Assembly: GCF_963676685.1 (NCBI RefSeq)
Contig: NC_092356.1
Location: forward strand, 20,894,001 to 20,958,000
Source of the DNA: Mytilus edulis
Lineage: Eukaryota
Reading direction: 5' to 3'
DNA: 64,000 nt
Part shown: in pieces, positions 40,908 through 54,439 of the stretch
How positions within the stretch are numbered: position 1 is the first letter of the stretch
Layout: each line of letters starts with the position of its first letter
Position numbers and translations under genes: made by a program
The notes under the pieces: generated by a model
Database searches by the model: none
What the model was told of the DNA's origin: nothing
Seen by the model: only the letters and a program-made list of their open reading frames with translations

Positions 40908-41979
40908 TATGTCGTGTACAAGTTGCAATATTGTACATATTATAATTTGTACAACACAAACATACAAGTTATAACATGTACAAAAGTACTTTGTACATGT
41001 TATAATCTGTACAAAATACTGCTTAAAAATGGTTTTAACCTGTACAAAATTTGAAAATGAATTTAAATAAAGCAAAATATACGTGCATAAATAAAATTTA
41101 TTACAAAACAAAGAACTGGCTATGTGGATGACGTGGTCTACCATGAACAATTTTAAGATCAGGCTATAATGACTTAGTAAGCTCAGTAATTATGTTAGAA
41201 TGAACGACCATTATCACTCTGTAGTATCATTGGAGCACCTAATATGAGATAAATTCCAAGAAGATTGAATGCTACCTGTGCCGCAAAATACTGAACTTGG
41301 AAAGTGATCTTCGCAATGTAATGTAACATCCACTTATAGCCACTGTCTGGGACTTCACGGCTTATGTTGGCATAGTGCGTTTTTTGTATGTTTTATGCAG
41401 TCCATCATTGCCGTAAGTCCTGGTGTCTATGATGAGTTTATCTACAGCAGACTGATTTTGCTTAACAAAAGCATGCATTTCCTCAATGGCCACTAAGTCG
41501 AAAATTGGTTTCACTGAAATTTTAAGAACAGCCTTAAAATTATAAATTATACACCCCCTCTTTTTATACATGCAAAACTGAAAGGAAGGCCGCCTAAGCA
41601 TACTCTATAAAAGCCAGAGAGAGTTTGGACCAAAATTAATTATAGTAATTTTATTTGATCTTGTTTTTCAACATTTTTGGCCTTAATATAAAAAAGAAGA
41701 TGTGGTATGATAGCCAATGAGACAACTGTCCACAAGAGACCAAAATGACACAGAAATTAACAACAGTACTATATGTCACCGTACGGCCTTCAACAATGAG
41801 CAAAGCACATACCGCAGAGTAAATCAATTTTTAAATTTTGTACAGGTTAAACCCATTTTTTAGCCCTTTTACTTTTGTACATTTTATAACTTGTATTTTT
41901 GTGTTGTACAAATTATAACATGTACAATATTGGTGTACATGTTATAACCTGTACAAAATCGCAACTTGTACATGACATA
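40908..41979. mobile_element. Fold-back/MITE-like element with long (~150 bp) imperfect TIRs
   Basis: tatgtcgtgtacaagttgc...tgtacaaaatttgaaaatg is mirrored by ...taaattttgtacagg...gcaacttgtacatgacata. Confidence 0.7.
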
Positions 41980-42345
41980 TATATATATGTTAAATAACAA
42001 AAACTAGCATGTATCCATCATCAAAGTACGTTTATTATGTGAAGAAAAACAACAAAATTGCTGTATTGTTGGTGTATAAGGTGGTAGAAAACCAACCACC
42101 AAAACAAATTGTCTTATATTTTTTTTTAATTTTTCCTTATGAATGAAAGGATATTTTGGATAAGGTAACCAGACGTAACAAAAAACTCAACATACGGAAT
42201 TCAACAATATTTAAAAGAATCTAAACTGCTCGCTAAAAATGGGTATAAATTAAATTGAAAAGTTTCATTAAGTTTTATTATCGTAATGCATATCAAATTG
42301 AACAGCATTTTATTTAGGTTTCAGTAAACTAATAAGAATGACAAT

Positions 42346-45300
42346 TTAGAGTCTTCGTTTTTTACCAATGATAACAGTATTGTTGCCAACAATGATATTA
42401 TTGGTTGCTGTTGGTAACGGAGTCTCAATGTTTGGCATTGTTGCGGCAGGAGTTTCGACATTGGGCAGAGTAGTTGGTGCTGGTGTTTCTATATTCGCCA
42501 TCGTTGTTGGTGCTGGCGTCTCTACGTTTGGCATTGATGTTGTTGGTGCTGGCGTCTCTATGTTAGGATTAGATGTTGTTGGTGCTGGCGTCTCTACGTT
42601 AGGGTTATATGTTGTTGGCGCTGGTGTCTCTATATTAGGATTAGCTGTTGATGGTGCCATCGTTTCAATAGTAGTCGATGTCGTCGCCATGGTAGTCGTT
42701 GTCGGCGCCATAGTAGTCGTTGTCGGTGCCATAGTAATCGTACTCGGCGCCATAGTACTCTTGGCTGATAGTGGTTTGAAACAAGAATATTTATAATAAA
42801 TCATGTACAATCTTAATGATAGTCATAACAGTTTAAATTTAATCATTTACATTATAATCATTTCCTAGACAGAAATATATTATAAAAGCTGAATTCGTGT
42901 CAGGCCTTTAGATTAAAATTAGTTGAATTTCACTATATTTCTGTGTTTTTAATAATAAGATGTAAAAAAAATTTGATTCATTATATTCCTATCCTGGTAT
43001 GTTCTTCATTTTGCACCGTTTTATCTCTTGATATATATTGTTTCGTGTAAATGTTAATGCTTATTTGAAAGTGAATAATGAATGTGTACTACCTATATCT
43101 TACATTTCTTTTATTTCTATCAAAATGATAAGTTTCTGAATTATAGAAAAAGACGTTGTTTCCGTAAATTTTGTTTTGGTTCATTCCAACATAAGTGTAA
43201 CTTTAAAAAATATTTAATATCTCACTATGAACATTACACTATAAAAATAAGAAGATGTGGTATAATTGCCAATGAAACATCTCTCATTCAGAGTCCAATT
43301 GACATATGAATATTGAAAGTCAGCAACTGAAGATAACCGTAAGGCCTTCAACAATGTATAAAACCGTACTACCGAATAGCAACCTTATAAAAGACTACTT
43401 ACGGAATTCACAGGCATAAGTGTAATGATATCCTAAGTTCCCTACGATTGGATTACATGGGTAATCATGCCACAAACCACCATCACTACGTCTAATCAAA
43501 GCACAGTCTTCATTTGAACCACCAGCAAATAAAAATCCTGTGTTGTGGTTATTACCTTGACCTTTCGCAAAATGCCCGTATGCTACACGACTTCCTGAAA
43601 AGAAACGCAATCAATTGAATAAATAAGAAGTAACATAAAAGTCAATCTGTCAAAATAAAATTGACTTTTTAATTTCGTAAAAAAAATCATAAATCAGATG
43701 TTTTAAAAAGTTTAAATGGGGAAAATATACATGTACTTCAAATGTGTTGCCAGCACTTGCCTATTATTGTACTTTCGTAAGATCTATTTTTAAATTGGCC
43801 AATCAGAATAAAATATTTCCCCCGGTGTACATCCGATCGAACTGATAATTTGTAGAAAAATATTAGGACTCGTAGCAAGACATATTTTTCAGAATGTTGC
43901 AATATAATGTGATATGAAGTGATTTTTTATTACTTATGAGTTGGAATGTCCATTTGCTACAAATGAATCTTACGCCTCTCTTGGACAATCTGTATGATAG
44001 GTAGGCTCTTCACAGCATATACAGCATCTTAACCAGTGGAAAATTTACATGACTGGTATTATTAACAGTGGTTTTCTATATAAAGGAAACCGATTTGACT
44101 TGCAACAGGTCACATGCAAACTTCTCACAATGTGTTGTAAGTGTGCTTTACTTGCGTAGAGCTGGAACTTTTCATACATGAGCATTTAATTAAGGTCCCC
44201 ATTCCAACCGGACGAAAAAGCGTTTATAAATATATATATATATATATATTGCAACTATCGAATGCATATCTTTTGGTTACACTTGCGAATACAAGGGCCA
44301 AGTGACCATTAGAGGGCAAAGAAGGGGAAACATATCATGCGTTTTCATGACGAGAACACGTTAACAAGTAAAATAGGTTAGTCATGTAAAAGAAGCCGTC
44401 TAGGATGAAGGTAGGGAACATTCGGACTGCCACTGGAAAGTATGAGTATATTGGATAGGGACAGACATTCTGCCTTGCAATAGACCAAATACGGCCCTCT
44501 TAGAGAGTTTTGGCACTCTCCACGCGAGACATAGGATTACACATCCCAATTCTGCATTACTGGACGTGGCTGCGTATTTGGGCATGGGTTGTACTGCCGA
44601 TAGGATATTTACTGCATTGCATCAAATATAAACATGCGTTGACTTTTAGTAATAGATAAAGTTGGGAAGTAGGTTGTTTCAGTGAGAGAGAACCATACTC
44701 CAGAAATTATATAGTGTGGATTTCCAAAACAGATAAAACTCGGGGTTATAAGAAGGAATACGTTTTATTTAACACTTTAAAAATAAAAAGATATGAATGC
44801 AAAAAGAACAACCAAGTTCAATTTGATGAGACAATTATCCTTCAGAGTTCAAATAAAGTGGATGCAAATAATAATCATAGTCAACCATTCAGCCTTCAAC
44901 AATAAGAAAAACATATACCGTACAGTCGGTTTTACAAAGCCCCGATATAGCTTCGTTGTTCTTAATATACATCTATAATACTAAAATTACGAGGTCCAAT
45001 TTGCCAGCCGTCATCGGGTAAAAACGACAAATCAAAGAATTCAACTCTATATATAACTAATATAGGACAATGGTGTAGATTAAAAATTACACCACTCCAG
45101 ACCCTTTTGTTTTCAGCATAATTAATATTGCCAATAATTAACAAGTCCCGGGTCGAATCCGATACCGATACAAATAGTATATTCAGCTATTACCTTATCT
45201 GTACGTTCCCCATTTGACAGGCACACCACCAAACGGTGTAGTTTAGGATTTTGCTATATACACGGGTCATAATCAAAGGACTGACACTACTAAATTCAAT

Positions 45301-48020
45301 CATTGTCAAATTGTTCCCTATTGTAGTTTTATTCAGCAATCAGCAAGACTTTCTAAGATAACTAATATAGGACAATGCTGTTAATTAAAAAATTACTCCA
45401 TTCCTGGATAGCCAGGACCTTTTGTTTTCCAAATAATTAATATTTCCAATAACTGATAAGTTCCAGGTCGACGGGTTCAAACAGAAAGATTTGAAAGCAG
45501 AGAAAAATGTGTATCTTAATTATAATCGACATGACTTATCAGATGACAATACCAATTACTAAAATAAGGCTTAGGCATAGTTATATACTTTAATTCAGTC
45601 ACGGACCCGCGATATCACGGGTGTGTACTTGTATCCTTAAGATAAGTCCCTGCACGATTTGCAATGTTTGCAGTTTGTTATTATCAGTACAAGGAAACTT
45701 TATGAAAATAAATTTAAGTATGCATATGTTCTAATCACCCAATGAAATAGATTGGTTTAACAAACTAGAAATATCAACTTATTTTTTTGTTAGAAGCAAA
45801 GGAATATTTTGCATAAAGGTAATATAACAAGCAAGCATGTTTAACACGACATGTACCACATGTGGAGCAGGATCTTCTTACCCTTACGGAGCAAATGAGA
45901 TTACCCCTAATTTTCTGGGGTTCTTGTTGCTTACTAGTCTTTATTTTTCTATGTTGTGTCTTGTGTACTATTAGTTGTCTGTTTGTCTTTTACTTTTTTT
46001 AGCAATGTCGTTGTCAGTTTATTTTCTATTTATGAGTTTGAATGTCCCTCTGGTAACTTTCACCCCTCTTTTTGAACAAAACATATGAAACTAATACCAT
46101 CTATCCACCGCCAGTCCCCTTCCTTTGCCCTGTCTGTTAAACCAATCCACACATTTGCTGCATTCCAATGCTCCAATCTTAAGGAATCCAAAATGAATTT
46201 TTCTTTTCCACTATCTTTCACCGTTACTAAATCTCCTCCAAGGCTCCTGCAGCTTTTGCGAGCATCATCCCATGACAATTCATGTTCGACAAACAACAAG
46301 CATGCATCTGTATACACGCGCACGTGTTTCAAAGTCCTAATTCGTGTTGGACATGCTGATAAATCTACAGAAAAAAAGCGTCAAAGAATTTTATAATATT
46401 ATAAGAAAACTTCAAAACTTAATGTTTACAGCATTCATTTAATGGGGCTTCGCATGATTTGCATAACATGACAAAACCTTTTTTCGCATAAAATAATAGC
46501 AAAACTTCTTATAGTGTCAAAATAATAATGATACGAGCGTTCGTAAACAATTCAATTTGAAAGAACTGCCATAACAAAAACCTACTAGTATTGTCGTAAA
46601 AACACATTGTTTTCCTTTAATACATGTAGGTAGGAGGTCGACCAAACTCTAATGAGATTCGATCAAATCGATTATGATGATTACGAAATTAGAAATTCAA
46701 CACGATAGAAGCAAACAATCATAATTGATTTGTATACTACATGTATCAATGCAGTGATTCAAAATGTGTGGACTACAATTATATTAATTAGTCCCCGTTT
46801 ACTCCATCATTTTCTTCTTAAAACGCATGTAGTTGTTGGTAATTCATTTGATGTGTTTGAGCGTTTGAATTTAAATATATAAGGTACATAATGCAGAGAT
46901 TTAATATTTTATAATTGTTGGTATTTAGTATAAAGACAGTATTTAACTATTAAAATGACATGTTGGACTTAAAGTGCAAGTGATATTTCTATTTGACTAG
47001 GGACGTTCGGTTTTGAATTGTCATCGGAGTTTAGTTTTACAGTGCGTATTGATACATGTATATGTTTTTCTTTATTCTACATTAGACAGAGGTATAAGGA
47101 GAGGGTTGAGATCTCACAAAACATGTTTACCCGCCGCATTTTTGCTCCTGTCCCAAGTCATGAGCCTCTCGACTTTGTTAGTCTTGTAGGTTTTATTTAA
47201 TTTTAGTTCATTTATATGTTTTAGATAAAATTGAGAATAGAAATGGGGAATATGTCAAAGAGACAACAATTCGACCAAAGAGCAGATAACAACAGAAGGC
47301 CACCAATGGGTCTTCAATGCAGCGAGAAACTCCGCATCCGGTGTCGTGCTTCAGCTGGAGTTTAGTATGACGTCCATTTTAACTGAACTATAGTACACAT
47401 TGGTACAATGTATATGTGGGCGAGCTGAGGACCACCTCCGGGTGCGGGAGTCGAAGACCCATATTGATGACCTTCAGCTGTTAACTGCTCTTGTCGGGTT
47501 GTCGTTTCTCTGACATATTCCCCATTTTATTTCTCTATTTTATTTATAGCTCTTTAACTGTTTAGCTTCTTATTCATCATTGACCTTGACAATATTATGT
47601 GTAAAGCAGCACTGTTTATTTTAATCCAGTAAAGTGTTTCAAATGCAAACAGTTTTTGAAGGGTCGTTTTAATTTTTATAAATAATATATCATGGCAAAT
47701 AAACATTATATATATATTTTATATGAAAAAAATATTATTAAGAAATTAATTGAAAGCTTGAGCGTTTGTATGGTTTTTTTTTCGGAATTATTAATATGAT
47801 CATAATTATTACTTTTAAACATACATTGAATTGTACATGTGGACAACGTTTTTGAAATTGAAGGAATAAGAATAATTTGTAATAAAACGCAAGCAACGAA
47901 TTAGGGGTAAAGAAGAAAAAAAAATGTTCAAATTAGGGAAATACAAAAAATGTTACCTGATTGGCAGAAGACTGGATTACAAAGGCCAAGTACAATGGTC
48001 AAAACTATGAACAACGACAT
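42346..48020 (-). CDS. C-type lectin gene F: secreted CTLD + ETPAP mucin tail (~313 aa)
   Basis: Exons 48020-47957 (MSLFIVLTIVLGLCNPVFCQS), 46364-46098, 43594-43403 (GQGNNHNTGFLFAGGSNEDC...WHDYPC...ACEF), 42764-42346 (ends VIIGKKRRL*). Phase-1 GT-AG. Confidence 0.88.
44972..45631 (+). mobile_element. Non-autonomous Helitron-like element
   Basis: A|TCTATAATACTAAA 5' end; 3' hairpin acccgcgatatcacgggt followed by CTTG|T (CTAG variant). Confidence 0.6.
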
Positions 48021-48772
48021 CTGAATACGTAAGAACTAAATACAATAATCTAAAAGTAGATAATGCAGTAGCACGATTTCAAGTCATTAAGTGCATTCAT
48101 GACGCCATTGTACACATATATAAATATATATACATGCAAGATTATTATCTTAAAGATCTACTTTTCGCACTTTAAGATAAATGAAAATTTCAGATTGACA
48201 TGAACTTAAAATTAAGTGACAGAAAACGACGATTCAATTCAGGTCTTTAACCAAAATATTGTTCGAATTCAAATTTTTCTTCTACTAAGTTTTTATAAAT
48301 TTAATCATGAACTGAAGATATTTCAAAATAAAATACTTATTTATTTCCATAACATAAAGGCAAACATGCAAACTTTACAGAAAAAATATACTCTTGTTGT
48401 TATTGTTTCAATTTCGAGGACGCTCGAGTGCGGCGTGATGATGTTTTCACGATTATTTTTTTTCGATCAGGAAGCCGAACATATATTGCTATCCTCTGAT
48501 AAACATGTGTACACATTATTTGTTGTATAATCAGTGCCATATATGTGTATTGCATTGGCACATAACGTTTCATATATATGTATTCACAATCTTTTTTAAT
48601 CACAGAGCATCAATTCCGATATAGATGCAGAAACTCCGCCATGTGTCGTGTATAAAACGGAGTCACCACAAAAGACCAACGCGTATAATCCCGGGTTATA
48701 GAAATGGACCATGTTCATCCTACGAGGATGTTAATAAACTTATCATAGATATCAGGACTAAATTTTGTATAT

Positions 48773-48816
48773 ACGCCAGACGCGCGTTTCGTCTACAAAA
48801 GACTCATCAGTGACGC
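48773..48816 (-). ncRNA. Type I hammerhead ribozyme (retrozyme fragment ~48733-48871)
   Basis: Reverse complement GCGTCA CTGATGA GTCT tttgt AGAC GAAA CGCGCG TC^TGGCGT. Confidence 0.85.
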
Positions 48817-50735
48817 TCGAATCCAAAAAAGTTAAAAAGGCCAAATAAAGTACGAAGTTGAAGAGCATTGAATCCACTTTAAGTATCGTCTTTTGCTATA
48901 CGGATTCTTTTAACACGCAACCACCTCGATTATGGGAATGGCCACGCTAAATTCGATACCTCTTGAACTGAAAGTTAAGGAATATTGGTAGCAATATTTG
49001 AGGATTACTAAGTTTGGCCATTAATCTTCTACTCTTATCTAACATCAAACGTACTACGCTCTTGTTCCTTTTGCTGTCTATTTATCGGCCTGTTTCCCAG
49101 TGCATAACACATTTGATTTAGTCTTGTTAATTTGTAATCGTCATCAGAATGTCTGAAATATTTGCCACTGGACTTAGTAACCAACAAGCAATCATGCAAT
49201 TAACAATCACATTGTTGAGGAACATAAATTATTAACATTAATTAAGGGTTTACGGAATTTACAAACATAAATTTAAAAAGTCGAGGCTAAAAGTAGCGAG
49301 AACTTTTAAAATATAGTTTGTTTTTATCCTGCTTTTGTAAAAGGTTACCAACATGTTTTTTCTTCTTTATTGTTGCTTTTCGTGGACCAGAATGAAAGGG
49401 GGACATCTACATGAAATGTGACGAAATCCGTGATATGATTTTTTTACTGGAAGTGCGTAATTCGAGATAAAGTAAGTTAACGTTCTACTTTATTTAAGGA
49501 ATGATTGCAATATTTTTTCTGTCTATGAAGAAATAACATAAAAATGTGGTGCATACTGAATAACGCGCGTAGCCAATGTGGTGCACACTTAAAAAACGAC
49601 GTCAGCCAATCAGAAGACGCGTTACATCCAAAATTAAATAATTTACAAAATGATGAAATAAAAACGAAACAAATATGATAAGCAACAACAAACAACTACC
49701 ACTGTTTAACAAGATCCTGAGTTGAGGTACGTGTATATAATGAACAACGACCAAGCAAGTACATGTATACCTCAACACGTTCCATATTTTCTGAATAGGC
49801 TGGGCTACACTCCAACGACCATAGCAAAGAATACAGAGGGCCACGAGATGCTGGATCGATTTGACATTCAATCAGTATACTGAAAATGTGAGATGAAGCG
49901 TTGAAAAAATCAATGAGAAGAGTGAGTAAACTCGATCGATTCCGTTCCTAAGGAGTGTCGATTGATTTAAGTGTTTATGATATATAAGTGATTCAAATAA
50001 AGGCAACAGTAGTATACCGCTATTCGAAAATCATAAATCGATTGAAAGAAAACAAAATCGGGTTACAAACCAAAACTGAGGGAAACACATCAACTATAAT
50101 AGGAAAGCAGCGAAACAGAAGACAGTATTTGCGCCTTTTCTAAGTCAGGAACCACTGGCCTTTGTTTGTCTTGTATATATTTTAATTCTAGTTCATTTAT
50201 GTGTTTTGGAGTTTAGTGTGACGTCCATTTTCACTTAACTAGAACACAATTTTATTAAGGGGCCACCTCCGGGTGCGGGATGTTCTCACTGAGTTGAAGA
50301 CCCATTGGTAGCCTTCGGCTGTTGTCTGCTCTTTGGTCGGGATGTTGTTTCTTTGACATATTTCCTATTTCAATTCTCACTTTTATTAAATACAAAGATG
50401 TGGCATGATTGCCAATTAATGAGACATATCTTCACAAGAGACCAAAAATGACAGAAATTTAAAATAACTAAAGGTCAACGTACGACCGTCAACAATGAGC
50501 AAAGCCCATACCGCAAAGTCAGCTGTAAAAGGCAACAAAACTACAATGTAAAACATTTCAACCGAGAATAACTGAGTAGTAATTAGTATCTGAGTTTGAT
50601 TATAGAAAATAATTAATTTATTGTATGTATGAATGCAAAGCCATGCCATTTGCACAGACAAATCAATGACAGAAATGTTGCTTTAATTGATTTTAAATAA
50701 ACTCATCATAGATACCAGGACTAAATTTAGTGTAT

Positions 50736-50779
50736 ATGCCAGACGCGCGTTTCGTCTACAAAAGACTCATCAGTGACGC
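50736..50779 (-). ncRNA. Type I hammerhead ribozyme (GUC site)
   Basis: GCGTCA CTGATGA GTCT tttgt AGAC GAAA CGCGCG TC^TGGCAT; one stem-I mismatch. Confidence 0.8.
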
Positions 50780-51103
50780 ACGAATCCAAAAAAGTTATAA
50801 AAAAAAACAAATAAAGTACGAAGTTGAAAAGCATTGAGGACCAAAATTCCTAATAGTATTGCCAAATACAGTTAAGGTAATCTATGCATGAGGTAGAAAA
50901 GCCTTAGTATTTCAAAAAATTCAAAAATTTGTAAAAAGTAAATTTATAAATATAATCATATCAATGACAATTCATGTCAGCACAAAAAGTGCTGACTACT
51001 GGGCTTGTGAAACTCTCGGGCAAATAAATCTCCACAAGCAGTGGCATCGACCTAGTGGTTGTAAATAAACTCATCATAGATACAAGGACTAAATTTAGTA
51101 TAT

Positions 51104-51147
51104 ACGCCATACGCGCGTTTCGTCTACAAAAGACTCATCAGTGACGC
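51104..51147 (-). ncRNA. Type I hammerhead ribozyme (GUA site)
   Basis: GCGTCA CTGATGA GTCT tttgt AGAC GAAA CGCGCG TA^TGGCGT; GUA satisfies the NUH rule. Confidence 0.8.
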
Positions 51148-51300
51148 TCGAATCCAAAAAAGTTAAAAAGGCCAAATAAAGTACGAAGTTGAAGAGCATT
51201 GAGGACCAACATTCAAAATGTTCTACTTAATGTAATATTTACAAATGCAAAGAAAAAAATCTACATTTCTAAAGATTTTTATATCCAATAATCTAAGGTT

Positions 51301-51598
51301 TTAATATACATGTAATGAAAATCCTTGAGACTGATAAGTACCGTTGTACGTCATACTACATGTATAGTGACCTTCGTCATACTTTGTTACGAAACTTAAA
51401 TACAGGTTGTATTCTCCTAGTGCATGATCACCAACAACAGCAATAGTCGATAGCCTTGGATTGGTTACTGTGTGCCACTAGCGTATAATGTTCTGGAATC
51501 TGGTGGCCCATACCATTCAATAATTCCATCAACACGTGTAATTGGACAACTAAATGTTACATTCCTTCCTGTTTTTACAAGTTTTGTCAGTATAAAGA
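51301..51598 (-). pseudogene. Immunoglobulin (V/I-set-like) domain exon with 1-nt deletion
   Basis: VFILTKLVKTGRNVTFSCPITRVDGIIEWYGPPDSRTLYASGT/fs/VTNPRLSTIAVVGDHALGEYNLYLSFVTKYDEGHYTCSMTYNGTYQSQGFSLHVY*: B-strand Cys, C-strand Trp, YNL, DxGxYxC. The exon is one base short of being in frame. Confidence 0.85.
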
Positions 51599-53689
51599 CT
51601 ACAAAACAATACACGAAGTTTTGTGTGAAAAAGTCATTAATACAGTTATTAAAATAGCTAATATCTTCGTTTTTTTCAATGACTTGAATTGCCTCCCATT
51701 GTACGCAATTGACAACTAATAGTGTTTGGCGAAAGGGGCTTTATTATAATAATGCATTCAAATATTTCATTGAATCAATAAGCTACAATGAACAAAGTGT
51801 CAATATAAAGCACCTAAACCCAAACGAAGTCGTCAAACAGGAAACAAAAAAGAAGGGAAACATATGTGTAATAATGACCCTGTCCACTAGGATGCTACTT
51901 ATAAAAGCTTCACCACATCAATCAGAAAGTACTGAAAACCGACAATCATGAAATTCAATGCGCAAAATACAGATCGACATTGAACATAATAATAATTTCG
52001 TAAACCAAGCCAACTTGAAGGACAAATATCTAATACTAAAAATGCATCAACAACATAAAAATTCATGTGTAATTCATGTAATTATTATCTTTGACAACAG
52101 TGTCAAAATCAGTGCTACATGATGCATAATAAGGCATTCAATGAATATGGATCATTTCAGTCATAAAGAGACACCCTTGTAAATACAGGGGAGACTTGCA
52201 TTACACAATCATAGGCATTAATGATCACAATTAAACACAACTACTACTAGGTGAACTTAATTCGCTTATAAATGCAAGGAACAAAAAAATAATATATAAC
52301 TCGCTTATCGCTTATATTTTCTCCCTTTTATTTGTACTGTAGTCCTGTCATGTTATGTTGTCATTTAAATGTTATAATTAACATTGCCATTAAAGCGGGA
52401 GGTTAGGCAAGCCACACAACCAGGTTCAACCCACCATTTTTTTCTTAAAATGCCCTGTACCAAGTCAGCAAAATGGTCATTTATATATAGTCGTTTCTGT
52501 GTGTGTTGCATTTTAATTCTGTGTTTCCGTAGTTCTCTTATATTTGATACGTTTCATTCAGTTTTAGTTTGTAACTCGGCTTTGTATTTTCTCTATCGAT
52601 TTAGGTGAATTTTGAACAGGGTATAGTACTGTTGCCTTTATTGAAAATATAAAATCACTTCGAAAAATGCAAAAAAAAATGTAATTTTTATGATTATAAT
52701 CTTAATCAAGTTTGTTGTAAATAAAAAAGAAACGATGCTTATGATATGTATTTAGGTCAGATAACGAACTTGAAATGTTGAAGGTATTTGACTGCGCAAT
52801 CTAAGACTTAAATGTTTTCGTAAACTTCCTAATACATAAACTTCATATGCTCTTCTAGCTCTATAACTGTACCTTTAGCTGTTGTCGACTGTGTTGATAC
52901 TGTTGTGGTAGTAGTATTATAAGGATTGGTGTTTTGTGGAATGAATGTAGTAGTTGATCCTACTTGTACAAGCTTATCAGTCCTGGCTAAAACAAGAAGA
53001 AAATGACTACAAATTAAATTCTGTTTAATAAATTCATGCTTTCCGAGAAAATAACAGCTCTTACAACAATGCACGCGCATTGCAGTCAATAGTGTCCCGC
53101 GGAATTAATGTATAAATACGTCCGACTGGGGACTTTTTACTAATTTGGAATAGATAAGGAATAGGCATGACTTTTAGTATACAATAGGAAGGTATAGTGC
53201 GCTGTTAGATTATATTTCTTAGAACATCATCATGGACATACTTGAAAAAAGTAATACTAAAACACATGATCATACAAAACTATCATAGTTATACTCTCTT
53301 ACAATTGAGGAACACATTGATTAGAGGTCAACCTACTTTTTGACCCCTATGTTTGACGCCGTTTGCTTCTAATCGACATTAAAAGAGAGCTTCTGATTTA
53401 ATAAGATATGTGGTGTCCGTCATTTTATCTTCACATACTGTTATAAAAAAAAAATGGAGTTGTATGCGATTGTCTTACAAGTAAAATGTTCATTCACCAA
53501 TTTTCTACCCAAGGAAATGTCTGTACCAAGTAAGGACCATTGTTTTTTACATACTTAAATGATGTCCTTTAACTAAATAATTCATAGGGTGGTGATAAAA
53601 CTTAACACAATAAAGCTACAGTTTAGCCTACCTTTTGCTTCTTGAATTACATTTCGAAAATGAAGGGGGATTGGTTGAGATCAAATCTT

Positions 53690-53880
53690 AATGAAAAAAA
53701 CAGAAGAGTTAAACTTCCCAAATGTAAACTTTCGATTTAAATGTGGCAATAGTCCAGTTACACCTGCCTATGTCGTATATTTCTCCCAGTTGAAACGGTA
53801 TACCTTAAATATCGTGTCCTATCATTGCGTCCTTTTGAGAGGGTTACTGCTTACAAGGAAGCTGTTGAACAAGGAGGTAG
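53690..53880 (+). mobile_element. Degenerate Penelope-like RT fragment
   Basis: LNFPNVNFRFKCGNSPVTPAYVVYFSQLKRY, homologous to the 26215 fragment. Confidence 0.6.
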
Positions 53881-54439
53881 AAAAAAGTAAAAAAACAAAA
53901 ATAATGACTACTCTAAGTGGTTGAAGTAGATGTACCCAATTTGACGATTTTCACGCCATCTCAAGGAAAGGATTGTTGTGGATAATCTGTGTCACAGATA
54001 ACCATGGATCTGTTCCAATTGTGGCCGAAATTAAGTCCTTGCTTTTTTGAAGGTGACAAAATCGACTTTGTAAAACCTTTAGTTTTTTATGTTTTTGGTT
54101 TGTGCACTATTATTGGTCTGTTAGTATTTTTTATGTTTGCATTTGAGTTGTCAGTTAGTTTAAACATATTTTATTTACTCAAAGTAAAATGGATTGGACA
54201 GAAGTAAGCCATACTTATGAAGTCCGCTCCGAATGACAATAATTTACAATACAATATTAATATAAGCATGCAATATCAAAATAAACAATATTTTACGAGT
54301 CTATCAATTGAGAAAAAAAATGAAACAGAAATAAATGTAAACATTGAAAACGATGATGATGATGATAAAGATGACGTGGATGTACCGTAAATACATTTTC
54401 TACATAACAAGAAATCTCTCAGACCTTTTGATAAATTCG

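Larger units (their letters stand above)
50695..51214 (-). mobile_element. Non-LTR retrozyme: 368-nt monomer flanked by two hammerheads
   Basis: Direct repeat of ~150 bp at 50695 and 51063 (period 368), each containing a hammerhead core. Confidence 0.85.

Noticed and set aside
19684-42796. Val/Gly-rich ORFs (19684-20067, 24817-25224, 32068-32280, 42368-42796) and Gln/Cys-rich alternative frames
   Set aside because: They are antisense or shifted-frame shadows of the ETPAP mucin exons; low-complexity repeats lack stops by chance.
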